Positions 11,101 to 20,200 are shown, numbered from the stretch's first letter. The stretch: DNA of 32,000 nt from Wolbachia endosymbiont strain TRS of Brugia malayi (GCF_000008385.1 NC_006833.1:210001-242000), one strand, 5' to 3'. The notes: a model not told the origin generated them from the letters alone. Translations and numbers: made by a program.

Positions 11101-11493
11101 TTCAGAGAAAAGCCTCCTTGCTTGGATTAAATAATGATTAAATACTTCACTATTTTTTGTCTGCGGCCATCTAGATCTCAGTGTCAAGCACTGGGATGAT
11201 AGGAAAGGATGAGATGGCGGATAGTGGTGCTGAAGCAACAGTAAAGAGAGGTCTAGCTGTTCTAAAGATGCGATTAGTTCGTTATCTGAACAAACTGCCC
11301 ACTTACTGAGTATATTATGAATGCGACTTTCCATCTCATTTGCTGCAGCATTGGTAAATGTTAAGCAGAAAATATTCCTTTTATTTTCTAATAAAAGTCT
11401 TAATACTCTATCTATTAAGATTTTCGTTTTGCCTGTACCAGCGGATGCATTCACCCATACAGAAAAATTAGGATTTATGATATCTGGTTTCAT
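8134..11493 (-). CDS. addA: Double-strand break repair helicase AddA (UvrD/Rep superfamily 1 helicase with C-terminal nuclease domain)
   Basis: 1119-aa ORF: Walker A VNASAGTGKTKILIDRV, FTNAAANEM, DEAQDNS, VGDVKQSIYRFQGA, IHKSKGLQAPIVFL, YVALTRAEDELYI, and C-terminal VRLDKLC...AIIIDYKSH. Confidence 0.92.
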   Translation of the reverse strand: MKPDIINPNFSVWVNASAGTGKTKILIDRVLRLLLENKRNIFCLTFTNAAANEMESRIHNILSKWAVCSDNELIASLEQLDLSLLLLQHHYPPSHPFLSSQCLTLRSRWPQTKNSEVFNHYLIQARRLFSELENLDLTIQTVHAFCYKLISSFPAEAGIVPNCTLSECKELHSIVFDKLLHNEAVQDSIKFIAAEVDENKLRDLLYTLCIKRSVSANNLEYVKGKLSAPDEIHGLQSEATEQIERLAEILSKGSKRDRNYSKMLDLTSSSFIQVADTRIQKLDSSATRWNDISIENLVKVFLKSESCEKKSISSIITKSTLEKFPGAEQVIENIQNAVFTHVRDINSYQIFKRTSSFLDIFKVYIDLYNSEKSKNALLDYNDIIDLATNLLSNPDYKNWVLFNLDQKIDHILVDEAQDNSISQWKIIANLCDEFFIRNDEKRTLFVVGDVKQSIYRFQGANPHLFNCMQQYFHTKSGGKDWISCQLEKSFRSTPETLTLVDRLFNNFREEISFVDSEIKHIPYRENDQGYVEIWPLLPRCKEEEQQALQIHLMHRKDYIITDRLLAQAIAHKIHNWLNEGRILVAKNRHIEPRDIMILVRQRNMLVDYVISELKKANIPVVGRDYFRIMDYIAVQDLIALTEFLLLPTNDLALANALKSPLFNFTEDDLFNIAYDRKEQSLWERLQNYSEDIYSKLNDLINLSHIESPLTLFTHILRTGKKKFAARLGLECFEVLDEFMNLVLQFENPSLQAFVQWIKENNPEIKNDMQSERNAVRIMTIHKSKGLQAPIVFLVDTNTVPKNSESIVLDAMGAPFLCGKNNNAYCDQVKREKKLEDYNEYLRLLYVALTRAEDELYILGKEPVQKGSWYDIITKYGEPYEKKYMELHQIFKEKVEVLCVNANYPYIYKKRDYFNIPAVLPPPNLSILFQHSPSPSQYPLLSPQCFDTGIHSFSPLDSSVTHWDDKKRNTWMTDGYTRGLIIHSILQYMPKIEKDRRKNWIGKYLDNINIRKNKDEIYRKILAFNEKYDYLFDLDGKSEITLSGTINGKPVLVRLDKLCITQDKAIIIDYKSHRNVSVSSLNEIKKQMLIYKTLVQEICPNKQVECMVIWVEDLTIQSDF
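8600..8720. repeat. Palindromic element inserted in frame within addA, copy 1
   Basis: CCAGTGT-GTG-ACACTGG (8608-8624) and perfect 11-bp arms ATCCCAGTATC (8648-8658) / GATACTGGGAT (8682-8692). Encodes low-complexity FQHSPSPSQYPLLSPQCFDTGIHSFSPLDSSVTHWDDKK. Confidence 0.8.
10618..10690. repeat. Palindromic element inserted in frame within addA, copy 2
   Basis: Perfect 9-bp arms ATTCCAGCG (10624-10632) / CGCTGGAAT (10638-10646) with a 5-nt loop. Encodes FIQVADTRIQKLDSSATRWNDI, similar to copy 1 (FDTGI..LDSSVTHWDD). Confidence 0.75.
11165..11235. repeat. Palindromic element inserted in frame within addA, copy 3
   Basis: ATCTCAGTG (11175-11183) / CACTGGGAT (11189-11197) hairpin with one G:T pair. 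Encodes LLQHHYPPSHPFLSSQCLTLRSRWPQ, similar to copy 1 QHSPSPSQYPLLSPQCF. Confidence 0.75.
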
Positions 11494-11573
11494 CAGAAGT
11501 ATGAAAACTGTAAAAAGTTGACTAAAATAGCATTATACGTATAATATTATAAGGTGTTAGTGAAGATATATAA

Positions 11574-12440
11574 ATGAAAAGTTTTTGTGTAAAGGCTCCT
11601 GCAAAGATTAACCTTTTTTTGCATGTTGTAGAAAAAAAAGAAACAGGGTATCATTTGATCGAAGGCTTATTTGTCTTCGCTAATCTTTCCAACTTCTTGG
11701 AAATAAAAGTAGGTGAAAAGGATTTCAGGTATGACAATCCTATAGTCGAATTTGTAAATTCTGAGCTCAAAATAAGTAACAAATACAATACCGTAATGAG
11801 AGCAGTTAATCTATTACTTAGGCACGCTCCTGTACGTACTAAAGTCACTGTAAAGGTTGTAAAAAACATACCAACTTCTGCAGGCCTAGGTAGTGGTTCT
11901 TCAGATGCTGGAGCTGTGATACGTACGCTAGGAAAATTATGGAAAATTGATAGACCAATCCTAAACGAAATAGCTTTAAGCGTTGGTGCTGATGTTCCTG
12001 CAAGTATAGATAGTAAGCCAGTTTTGGTCAGAGGTATTGGTGAAGAATTATGTTATATTAATAAATTCTCCCTGCCTACAAATATAGTACTTGCAAAACC
12101 GAAAAAAAAGTTCTTGAGTACACCAGAAGTATTTTCTAAATATGGAGGGAACTTTTCCAAGCCAATTGAATGGAGAGATGACACTGAGAAAGATTTGTTA
12201 AAACTCCTTAAAGAGACAGAAAACGATCTTCAAGAAATAGCAATAAGTCTTGTCCCTGAAATTAGAGATGTGATATTAGCATTAGAGTCACAAGAAGGTT
12301 CCATACTTTCTCGTATGTCAGGTAGTGGTGTAACATGCTTTGGAATATTTGATAGTGAAGAAAATGCAAAAACCGCTGCAGTTAATATCAGAGAAAAGCA
12401 GCCAGAATGGTGGGTATGTGACGCTCAATTAATAGTTTGA
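11574..12440 (+). CDS. ispE: 4-diphosphocytidyl-2-C-methyl-D-erythritol kinase
   Basis: KAPAKINLFLHVVEKKETGYHLIEGLFVF and GHMP kinase motif VKNIPTSAGLGSGSSDAGAVIR. Confidence 0.95.
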   Translation: MKSFCVKAPAKINLFLHVVEKKETGYHLIEGLFVFANLSNFLEIKVGEKDFRYDNPIVEFVNSELKISNKYNTVMRAVNLLLRHAPVRTKVTVKVVKNIPTSAGLGSGSSDAGAVIRTLGKLWKIDRPILNEIALSVGADVPASIDSKPVLVRGIGEELCYINKFSLPTNIVLAKPKKKFLSTPEVFSKYGGNFSKPIEWRDDTEKDLLKLLKETENDLQEIAISLVPEIRDVILALESQEGSILSRMSGSGVTCFGIFDSEENAKTAAVNIREKQPEWWVCDAQLIV

Positions 12441-12443
12441 TTT

Positions 12444-12809
12444 ATGGATATAACTCCTTTAGTTTCTAAGAGTAAAAACTTTATAAATGGCTACAGCGAA
12501 GGAAAATTTTTGGTGAATGATCAAGAATATCATAGCTCAATTATAATTTTTCCTGAAAAGGTGATTAAGTTAAAAGAAAGTGGTATAAATAGCAAGGAAC
12601 ATTTTAAATCTTTTTTAACAGAGGAAATAGAAATTTTGTTAATAGGTACTGGTAAAACACGCAATATACCAAATTCTTCAGTGAAGTCCTACCTTATAGA
12701 ACAAAAAGGTTTAAATTTTGAATTTATGACAACTGACGCAGCATGCAGGACCCATAATGTTTTGATATCTGAAGACAGGTTTGTTGTTACTTATCTAAAG
12801 ATAATATAG
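12444..12809 (+). CDS. Mth938-like/NDUFAF3-like domain protein (DUF498)
   Basis: 121-aa ORF with ILLIGTGKTRNIPNSSVKSYLIEQKGLNFEFMTTDAACRTHNVLISEDRFVVTYL. Confidence 0.8.
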   Translation: MDITPLVSKSKNFINGYSEGKFLVNDQEYHSSIIIFPEKVIKLKESGINSKEHFKSFLTEEIEILLIGTGKTRNIPNSSVKSYLIEQKGLNFEFMTTDAACRTHNVLISEDRFVVTYLKII

Positions 12810-12810
12810 C

Positions 12811-13620
12811 ATGTTTGAAATATTTACACAGGACTTCTTCATCAATAGCCTAATTGCGATAGTAATAATTAGCTTAGTAACAGGTGCTTTAGGGTCATTT
12901 ATGATATGGCAAAGATTATCATATCTGGGTGATAGTTTATCTCATTCTTCATTGCTTGGCATTGCATTGGCTTTAATCTTTAAGATTAGCCCATCAATAA
13001 GCATAATGCTTATTGCAATTGTATTTGCTATACTACTTTCCCTTAATTTTAATAGGCTATATTCTGTTGATACAATATTGAACATCGTTACTAATGTAGT
13101 TTTATCATCAAGTTTAATACTTATGTCCTTTCTTCCATCAAGCAATAGTAGCATTATTAGTTCACTATTTGGCAACATATTAACACTGGAACAGAGTGAT
13201 ATAGTATTAATTTCTTTAACCTCAATAGTAGTCGTCCTGATATTAATATTTAGATGGCGTTACTGGCTAATAATCTCAATTAACCAAGATTTAGCAATAG
13301 TTGAAAAAGTTAATGTAAATTTGGTTAGGCTAGAATTTTTAATTACTCTTGCCATATTTATAGCAGTGTCTGCCCAACTAATAGGAATACTACTCATTGC
13401 TGCGTTCTTGTTGATACCAGCAGCATCTTCAAGGCTTATCTCAAAAACTCCAATGCAGATGATTATCGTTGCAACAGTTTTTTCTTTGATCTCTGGAATA
13501 TCAGGACTTATATTATCTGCAAGTTTTGACTTATTGACAGGACCTGCAATTATACTTACTGCAACTACATATTTAATTATTGCTTATTTTATAAGGTTAA
13601 TGTTAAATAGATTGGCTTAA
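12811..13620 (+). CDS. znuB: Zinc/metal ABC transporter permease (ABC-3 family)
   Basis: 269-aa hydrophobic ORF, LVTGALGSFMIWQRLSYLGDSLSHSSLLGIALA..., typical of ABC-3 permeases; starts directly after the previous gene. Confidence 0.88.
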   Translation: MFEIFTQDFFINSLIAIVIISLVTGALGSFMIWQRLSYLGDSLSHSSLLGIALALIFKISPSISIMLIAIVFAILLSLNFNRLYSVDTILNIVTNVVLSSSLILMSFLPSSNSSIISSLFGNILTLEQSDIVLISLTSIVVVLILIFRWRYWLIISINQDLAIVEKVNVNLVRLEFLITLAIFIAVSAQLIGILLIAAFLLIPAASSRLISKTPMQMIIVATVFSLISGISGLILSASFDLLTGPAIILTATTYLIIAYFIRLMLNRLA

Positions 13621-13751
13621 TTTCATTTTCAAGTATTGATGATTTTGTAATGCATTAGTTATATGATACGGCTACTTTAGGATTAAATAGTTTTTGCTAT
13701 ATTATCCTTAGTATGATAGTGATAAATTTTTAATTTTATGGAGTAAACAAT

Positions 13752-13959
13752 ATGGCTGAGGAAGGTTTTTTTTCAAAGTATGTATCTCAACCTATGAAAA
13801 AGTTTTACCGCAAGTATATTCTCAGGGAAATAGATGTATCAAATGACACTCAGAATACGGAGTGACACACATAGTGCTGTACAAGAAGATTCAGAATCTT
13901 TAGCTTACATACAGCAAAATGAATTAGTCACTCATACACATGACAATGATATTATATAG
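13752..13959 (+). other. Small conserved-looking reading frame, apparently broken by one frameshift (37-aa ORF 13752-13865 plus a shifted C-terminal piece)
   Basis: ATG preceded by GGAG at 9 nt spacing. MAEEGFFSKYVSQPMKKFYRKYILREIDVSNDTQNTE*, then in the shifted frame THSAVQEDSESLAYIQQNELVTHTHDNDII* to 13959. Confidence 0.35.
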
Positions 13960-13964
13960 AGTAC

Positions 13965-14975
13965 ATGAAGGTCACACCGTCTAAGGTCAAAAAATTCCTA
14001 GAGAAACCAGATATTTTAAGTGGTGTGTTAATTCATGGAAATGATAATAGCAAAGTTGATTTTTTTACGCAAGAAATAGTTGCCAGTCTGAGTGAGTATT
14101 CAGTTCAGATGATGGATTTTGCAATGGTGAATAAGTCACCTGGTCTATTATTTTCTGAGTTGGCAAACATTTCGATGTTTACTAGTAAGAAACTAATTAA
14201 GCTAATAAATGTAACTGGGAATATATCCAAAGAGTTAAAAAATGTATTGGATTACAATGCAGGCGGTCATTATGTAATAATGATAGCAACTGATCTTTCA
14301 TATAATTCCACAATTAAAAGTTACATAGAAAGCTCAAAAACTTTCGGCGTAATTGCTTGTTACAAGAATAGTGGTAGTAACCTTTACGATATTATATCAA
14401 GCTACTTGAAACGAAACGATATAAAATATACAAATGAGATAATTTACCACTTACAGTCCTACTTCAATTATAGCAATCTACCTATACATTCAGAACTTGA
14501 GAAATTAGTTTTATATCTAGGAGAGAGAAAAGATCTCAAACCAGCTGATATAGAGCTGTGTCTTTCAACTTTTAGCAATGATTATGTTACACCTGATAAT
14601 TTGTGTTCTGCTATAGCAAACAAAGATATGGCAAATTTCATCAAAATTTCCGATACATTGATATTACAAGAAAATTTCTCACCAATAGGACTAATCCGTA
14701 TTATATCAAATTATTTCCTAAGCCTTGAGAAGGTCTTGCTGTCAATACAAGGTGGAATGAATGAACAGGTTGCGATTGATCAGCTAAATCCTCCGTTATT
14801 TTTTAAACAATTGCAAAGCTTTAAGTCCCACCTGAAAATTTTTCAACTTTCAGAACTCAAGAAGATCCTAGAAAGCTTAATAAGCTTAGAAATTACCTGT
14901 AAAAAAACTGATTTAGATCATAGAATGATTTTTCAACATGCACTACAAATGGCTGACATTGGAACCTATAGCTAA
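13965..14975 (+). CDS. holA: DNA polymerase III subunit delta
   Basis: 336-aa ORF with MKVTPSKVKKFLEKPDILSGVLIHGNDNSKVDFFTQEIV and overall HolA architecture (GVLIHG, LIKLINVTGN, LEKLVLYLGER). Confidence 0.85.
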   Translation: MKVTPSKVKKFLEKPDILSGVLIHGNDNSKVDFFTQEIVASLSEYSVQMMDFAMVNKSPGLLFSELANISMFTSKKLIKLINVTGNISKELKNVLDYNAGGHYVIMIATDLSYNSTIKSYIESSKTFGVIACYKNSGSNLYDIISSYLKRNDIKYTNEIIYHLQSYFNYSNLPIHSELEKLVLYLGERKDLKPADIELCLSTFSNDYVTPDNLCSAIANKDMANFIKISDTLILQENFSPIGLIRIISNYFLSLEKVLLSIQGGMNEQVAIDQLNPPLFFKQLQSFKSHLKIFQLSELKKILESLISLEITCKKTDLDHRMIFQHALQMADIGTYS

Positions 14976-15271
14976 AATAAGTAAGGTTTCCCTCGTCATA
15001 CTGCAATTCATTCGTGGTATCTCATCATAGATTCTGCTAACAAATAGCAGAATGATGGTTGTCAGTGAACCCAAGCTAATTTAGTTATGTTTTTCTCTTA
15101 TAATTTCATCAAAACATTATATTTTGACACAAAATAGCTTTTGTACCCATCAACTTCAGTGTGCTCTCTGCGTTTTATGCTATTACTAATAGGATATTTT
15201 CGGATACAATCGAATGCAATTAGATAAAAATACGAATAGTTTGACATTTCAAAAGTGTAATAATACCTGAA

Positions 15272-16316
15272 ATGCTGAAACTAATTACTGAAATTGATGA
15301 ATTTAAAGGAGCATGGCAACTATTTGGTAATTTAGCTCCAGAATGTTTACAAATGTTCAAGAAAATTGCAACGATCGAAAGCATTGGTTCTTCTGCTTGT
15401 ATTGGAGGGGTAAAGCTATCAGACCATGAGGTTGAGCAACTACTATCCAAACTTGATACACACTCATTCCGTTCTCGAGATGAACGAAAATAGCCGGATA
15501 TGCGTATGTGTGAGGAAAAGTATTTCAAAATTTTGAAAATATGCCATTTACAGAGAGCATTATAAAAACAGTTTCATATTTGGCTTTTACAATTTTCACA
15601 TAAAGATCAGAGGTACATGGGAGAATGTAAGAAATTTTCCAATCATGTTAAAGCGTTTAATGAATCTGGAAAGAGCTTAGGCATAATTTTTGAAATAGCT
15701 TCTCCATTTAAACAGTGATACAAACGCAAGAACTTACTTATTGGACTAGCCAGCAATTAGAAGAGAAACCATTACAACCTCTATTAATTAGAGAGAGTCA
15801 TCTTTATAGTTACTTTTTTAGCTATCCATCCTTTTCAAGATGAAAATAGCAGGTTGTCATGTACTCTTACAACTTTCTTGTTGCTAAAGTTAGGATATAC
15901 CTACGTACCTTATAGTTCTCTTGAGAGTATAATTGAAAGTAGTAAGGAGAGTTATTACTTAGCTTTGCGTCGTACTCAACAATCTTTAAAGGCTGGTAGC
16001 TATGACTTTAACCCATGGCTTATGTTTTTCTTAAGGTCACTACAAAAGTAAAAATCTCACCTCGAGCAAAAGGTGTCAACATAAAAAAATGTTAAATTTC
16101 TGTTTACTGTCACTTTCAGCTTAAATATTGGCTTTACTTAGCAAACATGAACGTCTTACAATGCAGGATTTAGAAAATATTACTAAAGCAAATCGAAGGA
16201 CCTTAAAGAAGCATGTATCCAGTCTTGTAAAGAGTAATCACATCACTCAGCATAGAAAAAAAAGAAGGCAGAGCAACTTGGTATTTAGCTCAATAAGAAA
16301 ATTTTATATCTTATAA
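15272..16316 (+). pseudogene. Fic family protein, multiply frameshifted
   Basis: MLKLITEIDEFKGAWQLFGNLAPECLQMFKKIATIESIGSSACIGGVKLSDHEVEQLL (Fic N-terminal region), degraded motif AIHPFQDENSRLS at about 15821-15859, LGYTYVPYSSLESIIESSKESYYLALRRTQQSL, and C-terminal winged-HTH piece LSKHERLTMQDLENITKANRRTLKKHVSSLVKSNHI. Confidence 0.8.
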
Positions 16317-16354
16317 AAATGACAAAGCTTTAAAAAAAGCCTAATATAAGCTTT

Positions 16355-17149
16355 ATGAAAATCAAGGTTGGAGTAATAGGCTGCTCAGGTAGGATGGGCA
16401 AAAGGATACTCAATGAATTAATTACAAATACCCAAGTCGAAATAGCAGGTGCTGTTGCCCGTTTAGGCAGTAAGTATATAGGTTCAGATATTGGGTCAGC
16501 TGTATACCACAGTTCCAATTTAGGAATCAAAGTTACAAGTTCTATTAGTGATGTATTTGAGTCATCTGACGTTGTAATAGATTTTACAACCAAGGAATGT
16601 ATGTTAGCCTGCCTTAAGGCGGCTATGAAATTTAAAACACCTCTGGTTAGTGGTACAACTGGAATAGAAAGTATCAATTTAAAAAAGTATGCCGCTAAAA
16701 TTCCGATATTATGGTCGGCAAACATGAGTGTTGGAGTTAATGTACTGCTGAAATTGGTAAAAAAAGCTGCTGAGTTTTTGGATAATGAATATGACGTTGA
16801 AATTTGGGAGATGCATCATAACTTAAAAAAAGATTCACCATCTGGAACAGCTATGGAATTTGGCAAAGCAATTGCCAACGCTCTAAAAGTGGATTTTCAA
16901 CCCTACCAACATTCACATAATAGTTCAAACATAAGAGAAAAGGGGAAGATAGGTTTTGCAGTATCTCGTGGAGGTGGAGTGGTAGGAGACCATAGTGTAA
17001 TGTTTATCAATTCCGATGAACGAATAGAGTTAAATCACAAAGCAATTGATCGCACAACATTTGCTAGAGGGGCTGTTCGAGCAGCAATATGGCTATACGA
17101 AAATAAAAGAGAAACTCCAGGGCTCTATTCAATGCAGGACGTGATATGA
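16355..17149 (+). CDS. dapB: 4-hydroxy-tetrahydrodipicolinate reductase
   Basis: [46 protein letters not shown]. Confidence 0.95.
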   Translation: MKIKVGVIGCSGRMGKRILNELITNTQVEIAGAVARLGSKYIGSDIGSAVYHSSNLGIKVTSSISDVFESSDVVIDFTTKECMLACLKAAMKFKTPLVSGTTGIESINLKKYAAKIPILWSANMSVGVNVLLKLVKKAAEFLDNEYDVEIWEMHHNLKKDSPSGTAMEFGKAIANALKVDFQPYQHSHNSSNIREKGKIGFAVSRGGGVVGDHSVMFINSDERIELNHKAIDRTTFARGAVRAAIWLYENKRETPGLYSMQDVI

Positions 17150-17904
17150 ATAATACACACGCTTCTGTTAAAAATTTAAGTCTCTGGTATGGCTCTAAGC
17201 AAGCTTTATTTGATATAAATTTGGATATTTGCAAGAAAAAAGTTACTGCTTTTATCGGGCCATCCGGGTGCGGTAAATCGACATTTTTGCGTTGTTTTAA
17301 TCGTATGAATGACTATGTACCGGGGTGCAAAGTTGCCGGTAAACTAGATATTGACGGACTAGGTGATATATATTCACGCAACGTGGATGTTGTGCTACTT
17401 AGAGCAAAAGTTGGTATGGTATTTCAAAAGCCAAATCCTTTTCCAAAATCAATATATGACAATGTTGCTTATGGGCCAAAATTACACGGCATGGTAAAAA
17501 ATAAACAAAAATTAGATGAAATAGTGGAGAACAGTTTAACTAAGGTTGGTTTATGGGAAGAGTTAAAAGACAGATTGCAAGACAGCGCACTAGATTTATC
17601 TGGTGGCCAACAACAAAGGCTATGCATTTCCCGTGCTATTGCAGTGAAGCCAACTATTTTGCTAATGGATGAACCATGCTCTGCACTTGATCCAATGGCA
17701 ACTAATGCAATCGAAAATCTCATACAAGAGCTGAAATTAAGATTCACCATAATTATGGTAACTCATTCAATGAAACAAGCTAAAAAGTTATCTGACAGCA
17801 TAATTTTCTTTTGTAATGGCAAAATTGTTGAATCCGGAAGTGTTCAAGAGATATTTGAAAATGCTCGATCTCCTTTAACAAAAGAGTATATCCTGGATCA
17901 TTAA
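17146..17904 (+). CDS. pstB: Phosphate ABC transporter ATP-binding protein
   Basis: Walker [43 protein letters not shown]; [19 protein letters not shown] typical of PstB. 4-nt ATGA overlap with dapB. Confidence 0.95.
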   Translation: MNNTHASVKNLSLWYGSKQALFDINLDICKKKVTAFIGPSGCGKSTFLRCFNRMNDYVPGCKVAGKLDIDGLGDIYSRNVDVVLLRAKVGMVFQKPNPFPKSIYDNVAYGPKLHGMVKNKQKLDEIVENSLTKVGLWEELKDRLQDSALDLSGGQQQRLCISRAIAVKPTILLMDEPCSALDPMATNAIENLIQELKLRFTIIMVTHSMKQAKKLSDSIIFFCNGKIVESGSVQEIFENARSPLTKEYILDH

Positions 17905-18044
17905 AATCTACCATTTCCATCATCCAAGTGGCTGAACAGGAAAACGCATTGGTATAATACCTTATTTCTGTTATCCTAGTTTCCTTCTCCTGTTGTCCAT
18001 ACCCACTTCTTATCATGCTAGTGTGTGACACTATTTTCGTTTGC

Positions 18045-18372
18045 TCCTAAATTGCTTCAGCTACAAATTTTAAGAAATTTACTAAGTAAAAAAAGGCAAG
18101 AAAGCCCGTTAGTAACTAGTTATTTATATTAACTTTATAAATTGGCATTTTTTACTGTTTCAAATGCTTTAACAAGCGCACTTCAGCTTATATTAGGTAA
18201 AAACCTTAAAAATTTATAAAGACATACAGTGTATATAGTGCAAAAATTAAACATGGAACGCTAAGTACATCGAGTTTTTTATTATTTTATCTGCACAGAC
18301 TGAAGCTAAATAAATATCTTTGATGTTACGACAAGGGGGCTGGCGTAGTTTGTTAAGTAAATTTTCGCTTCT
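18045..18372 (-). repeat. Dispersed intergenic repeat, copy C (inverted)
   Basis: Reverse complement reads ACTTAACAAACTACGCCAGCCCCCTTGTC...GTCTGTGCAGATAAAATAATAAA...ATGTTTAATTTTTGCACTATATACACTGTATGTC...TAATATAAGCTGAAGTGCGCTTGTTAAAGC...GGGCTTTCTTGCCTTTTTTTACTTAGTAAATTTCTTAAAATTTGTAGCTGAAGC, closely matching copy D. Confidence 0.85.
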
Positions 18373-18434
18373 ATCAGCTACCATGACAGTTTAAGAATTC
18401 TAACTGCAAACGCATTTTGGCAAGTCCAGTTACT

Positions 18435-19604
18435 TTAGCTATACGCAAGAACTTTATTTTTGATAATTTCTTTTGCAATAGCACGGCTTTCAAGATCAAT
18501 GTTTATTATATCGGATAATGAGTTAATGTCAGTGTAACTATCAAAATTCTCTACTGTTAACTTTACTACTTTTATTATCTCCAAAAAGTCAATTCGTGAT
18601 TTTAAAAATTTATCAACAGCTACCTCATTTGCAGCATTAAGTACTATGCTATTTGTGTGTGGAGAGGAGGAATTTAACACTTCCATACTAAGCTTTAGCG
18701 CAGGAAAGCGCTTATGGTCCGGTTCTTGAAAGGTCAATTTCTGCTTTGTTAAATCTAATTTATAACTTAAAGCTGACCTTTCTGGCCAAGACAGAGCATA
18801 TGAAATGGGAATTGCCATATCAGCCTCTGCAAGTACAGCAAAATTAAAACCATCCTTATAAATTACAATTCCATGTATTATCGATTCGGGATGCACTATT
18901 GCTTCAATTCTGTTTGGGCTAATATTAAATAAATTATGTGCTTCTATTATCTCCAGCGCTTTGTTCATCATAGTTGCACTATCAACTGAGATTTTCTTTC
19001 CCATGTTCCAAGTAGGATGACTAAGTGCTTGACCTACTGTAACGTTTCTTAATTGCTCAAGGCTATAATTCAAGAATGACCCACCAGAAGCAGTGAGTAT
19101 AATCTTTTCTACACATTTATTGCCATTCTGCAAAACTTGAAAAATTGCATTGTGTTCAGAGTCAATAGGAACTATCTGTACGTTTTTTTCTTCGGTTTTC
19201 TTAAGTAATAGTTTTCCACCACAAACAATACTTTCTTTGTTTGCTAGTGCAATGACTTTAGTACCACTTTCTATGACGTGCATTACTGGCTCAAGGCCTG
19301 CAATACCAACTACTGCAACAACTGAGAGATCAACGGGCAGAGAAGCAACATTCATTAGACCCTCAGTACCAACTTCTACTTTGATGCCCGTACCAAGTAG
19401 ACTTTCTTTTAAATCTTTATAAAACCTTTTATTAGAGATAGCAACATACCTTGCATTTAGCAGTTTTGCTTGGCATGCCAGTAGAGCAAAATTCGAACAG
19501 GTACTGAGTGCTTCTACTTGATATTCTTCTTTTCTCTTTAATAGTAAATCTACAGTCTTTTTTCCAATACTTCCTGTCGATCCTAAAACTGAAATCTTTT
19601 TCAC
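18435..19604 (-). CDS. dxr: 1-deoxy-D-xylulose 5-phosphate reductoisomerase
   Basis: SVLGSTGSIGKKTVDLL, VIALANKESIVCGG, VPIDSEHNAIFQ, LTASGGSFLN, HPTWNMGKKISVDSATMMNKALEIIEA. Confidence 0.97.
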   Translation of the reverse strand: MKKISVLGSTGSIGKKTVDLLLKRKEEYQVEALSTCSNFALLACQAKLLNARYVAISNKRFYKDLKESLLGTGIKVEVGTEGLMNVASLPVDLSVVAVVGIAGLEPVMHVIESGTKVIALANKESIVCGGKLLLKKTEEKNVQIVPIDSEHNAIFQVLQNGNKCVEKIILTASGGSFLNYSLEQLRNVTVGQALSHPTWNMGKKISVDSATMMNKALEIIEAHNLFNISPNRIEAIVHPESIIHGIVIYKDGFNFAVLAEADMAIPISYALSWPERSALSYKLDLTKQKLTFQEPDHKRFPALKLSMEVLNSSSPHTNSIVLNAANEVAVDKFLKSRIDFLEIIKVVKLTVENFDSYTDINSLSDIINIDLESRAIAKEIIKNKVLAYS

Positions 19605-19702
19605 TAAAACAAACTCGCGTTAATTATAACAAATTAAGGAAAGGAGAAGTGTCCCTTCTCAACTATTTACAGTTATTCAGCAATTTCTAAGATTAAATTC
19701 AT

Positions 19703-20200
19703 TTAACCACCAAGTTCATATCCATGGTCGTCACCAACAGATGGTGAAGGACTAGGTGAAAAAGACTGACCATAGTGATCACCTGCATTATGCATGTTGT
19801 GTAAGCCATCAGCATCATTAGCAATCTGATCACTAGCATGTGGAAAATCATCTTGATGAGGTCCATCTTCACCATGAGCCATATCCATTCCTTCTGATAG
19901 CATATCTTCTTCATCTCCGCCTGAAAAATATTCTGCAAGACTCTCAAAAAATTTTATGCCAAACATATTGCCTGACTTTCCAAACAACGTTGCAAGATTA
20001 CCACTTACCAAACTTTCAAACACGTTGCTGTAAGCAGGAATTGCTCCCTCATGAAAGTTGAACAACCACTTCATTCCATCTACAATTGTTGCAACAGAGT
20101 CACTGTGACCAAGACCAAAACCGCTCTTTTCTCCTTGGTGCTCTTGGTGGTGTTGTTGAGCTTGCCACTCTGCAATGTTTGTACCTTGAGCTTCAGTCAT
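19703..20200 (-). CDS. His/Asp-rich hypothetical protein of unknown function
   Basis: 165-aa ORF MTEAQGTNIAEWQAQQHHQEHQGEKSGFGLGHSDSVATIVDG...MDMAHGEDGPHQDDFPHASDQIANDADGLHNMHNAGDHYGQSFSPSPSPSVGDDHGYELGG. No recognised domain. Confidence 0.7.
   Translation of the reverse strand: MTEAQGTNIAEWQAQQHHQEHQGEKSGFGLGHSDSVATIVDGMKWLFNFHEGAIPAYSNVFESLVSGNLATLFGKSGNMFGIKFFESLAEYFSGGDEEDMLSEGMDMAHGEDGPHQDDFPHASDQIANDADGLHNMHNAGDHYGQSFSPSPSPSVGDDHGYELGG

Noticed and set aside
8134-11493. addA as a pseudogene because of its odd low-complexity segments
   Set aside because: The frame is uninterrupted over 1119 codons, with helicase and nuclease motifs intact on both sides of the inserts; in-frame elements explain the odd segments better.
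15220-15528. 102-aa minus-strand ORF
   Set aside because: The plus strand of the same DNA encodes recognisable Fic N-terminal sequence, so the minus-strand frame is probably incidental.
16330-16725. 131-aa ORF on the minus strand inside dapB
   Set aside because: Opposite strand of a clearly conserved enzyme; no family signature.
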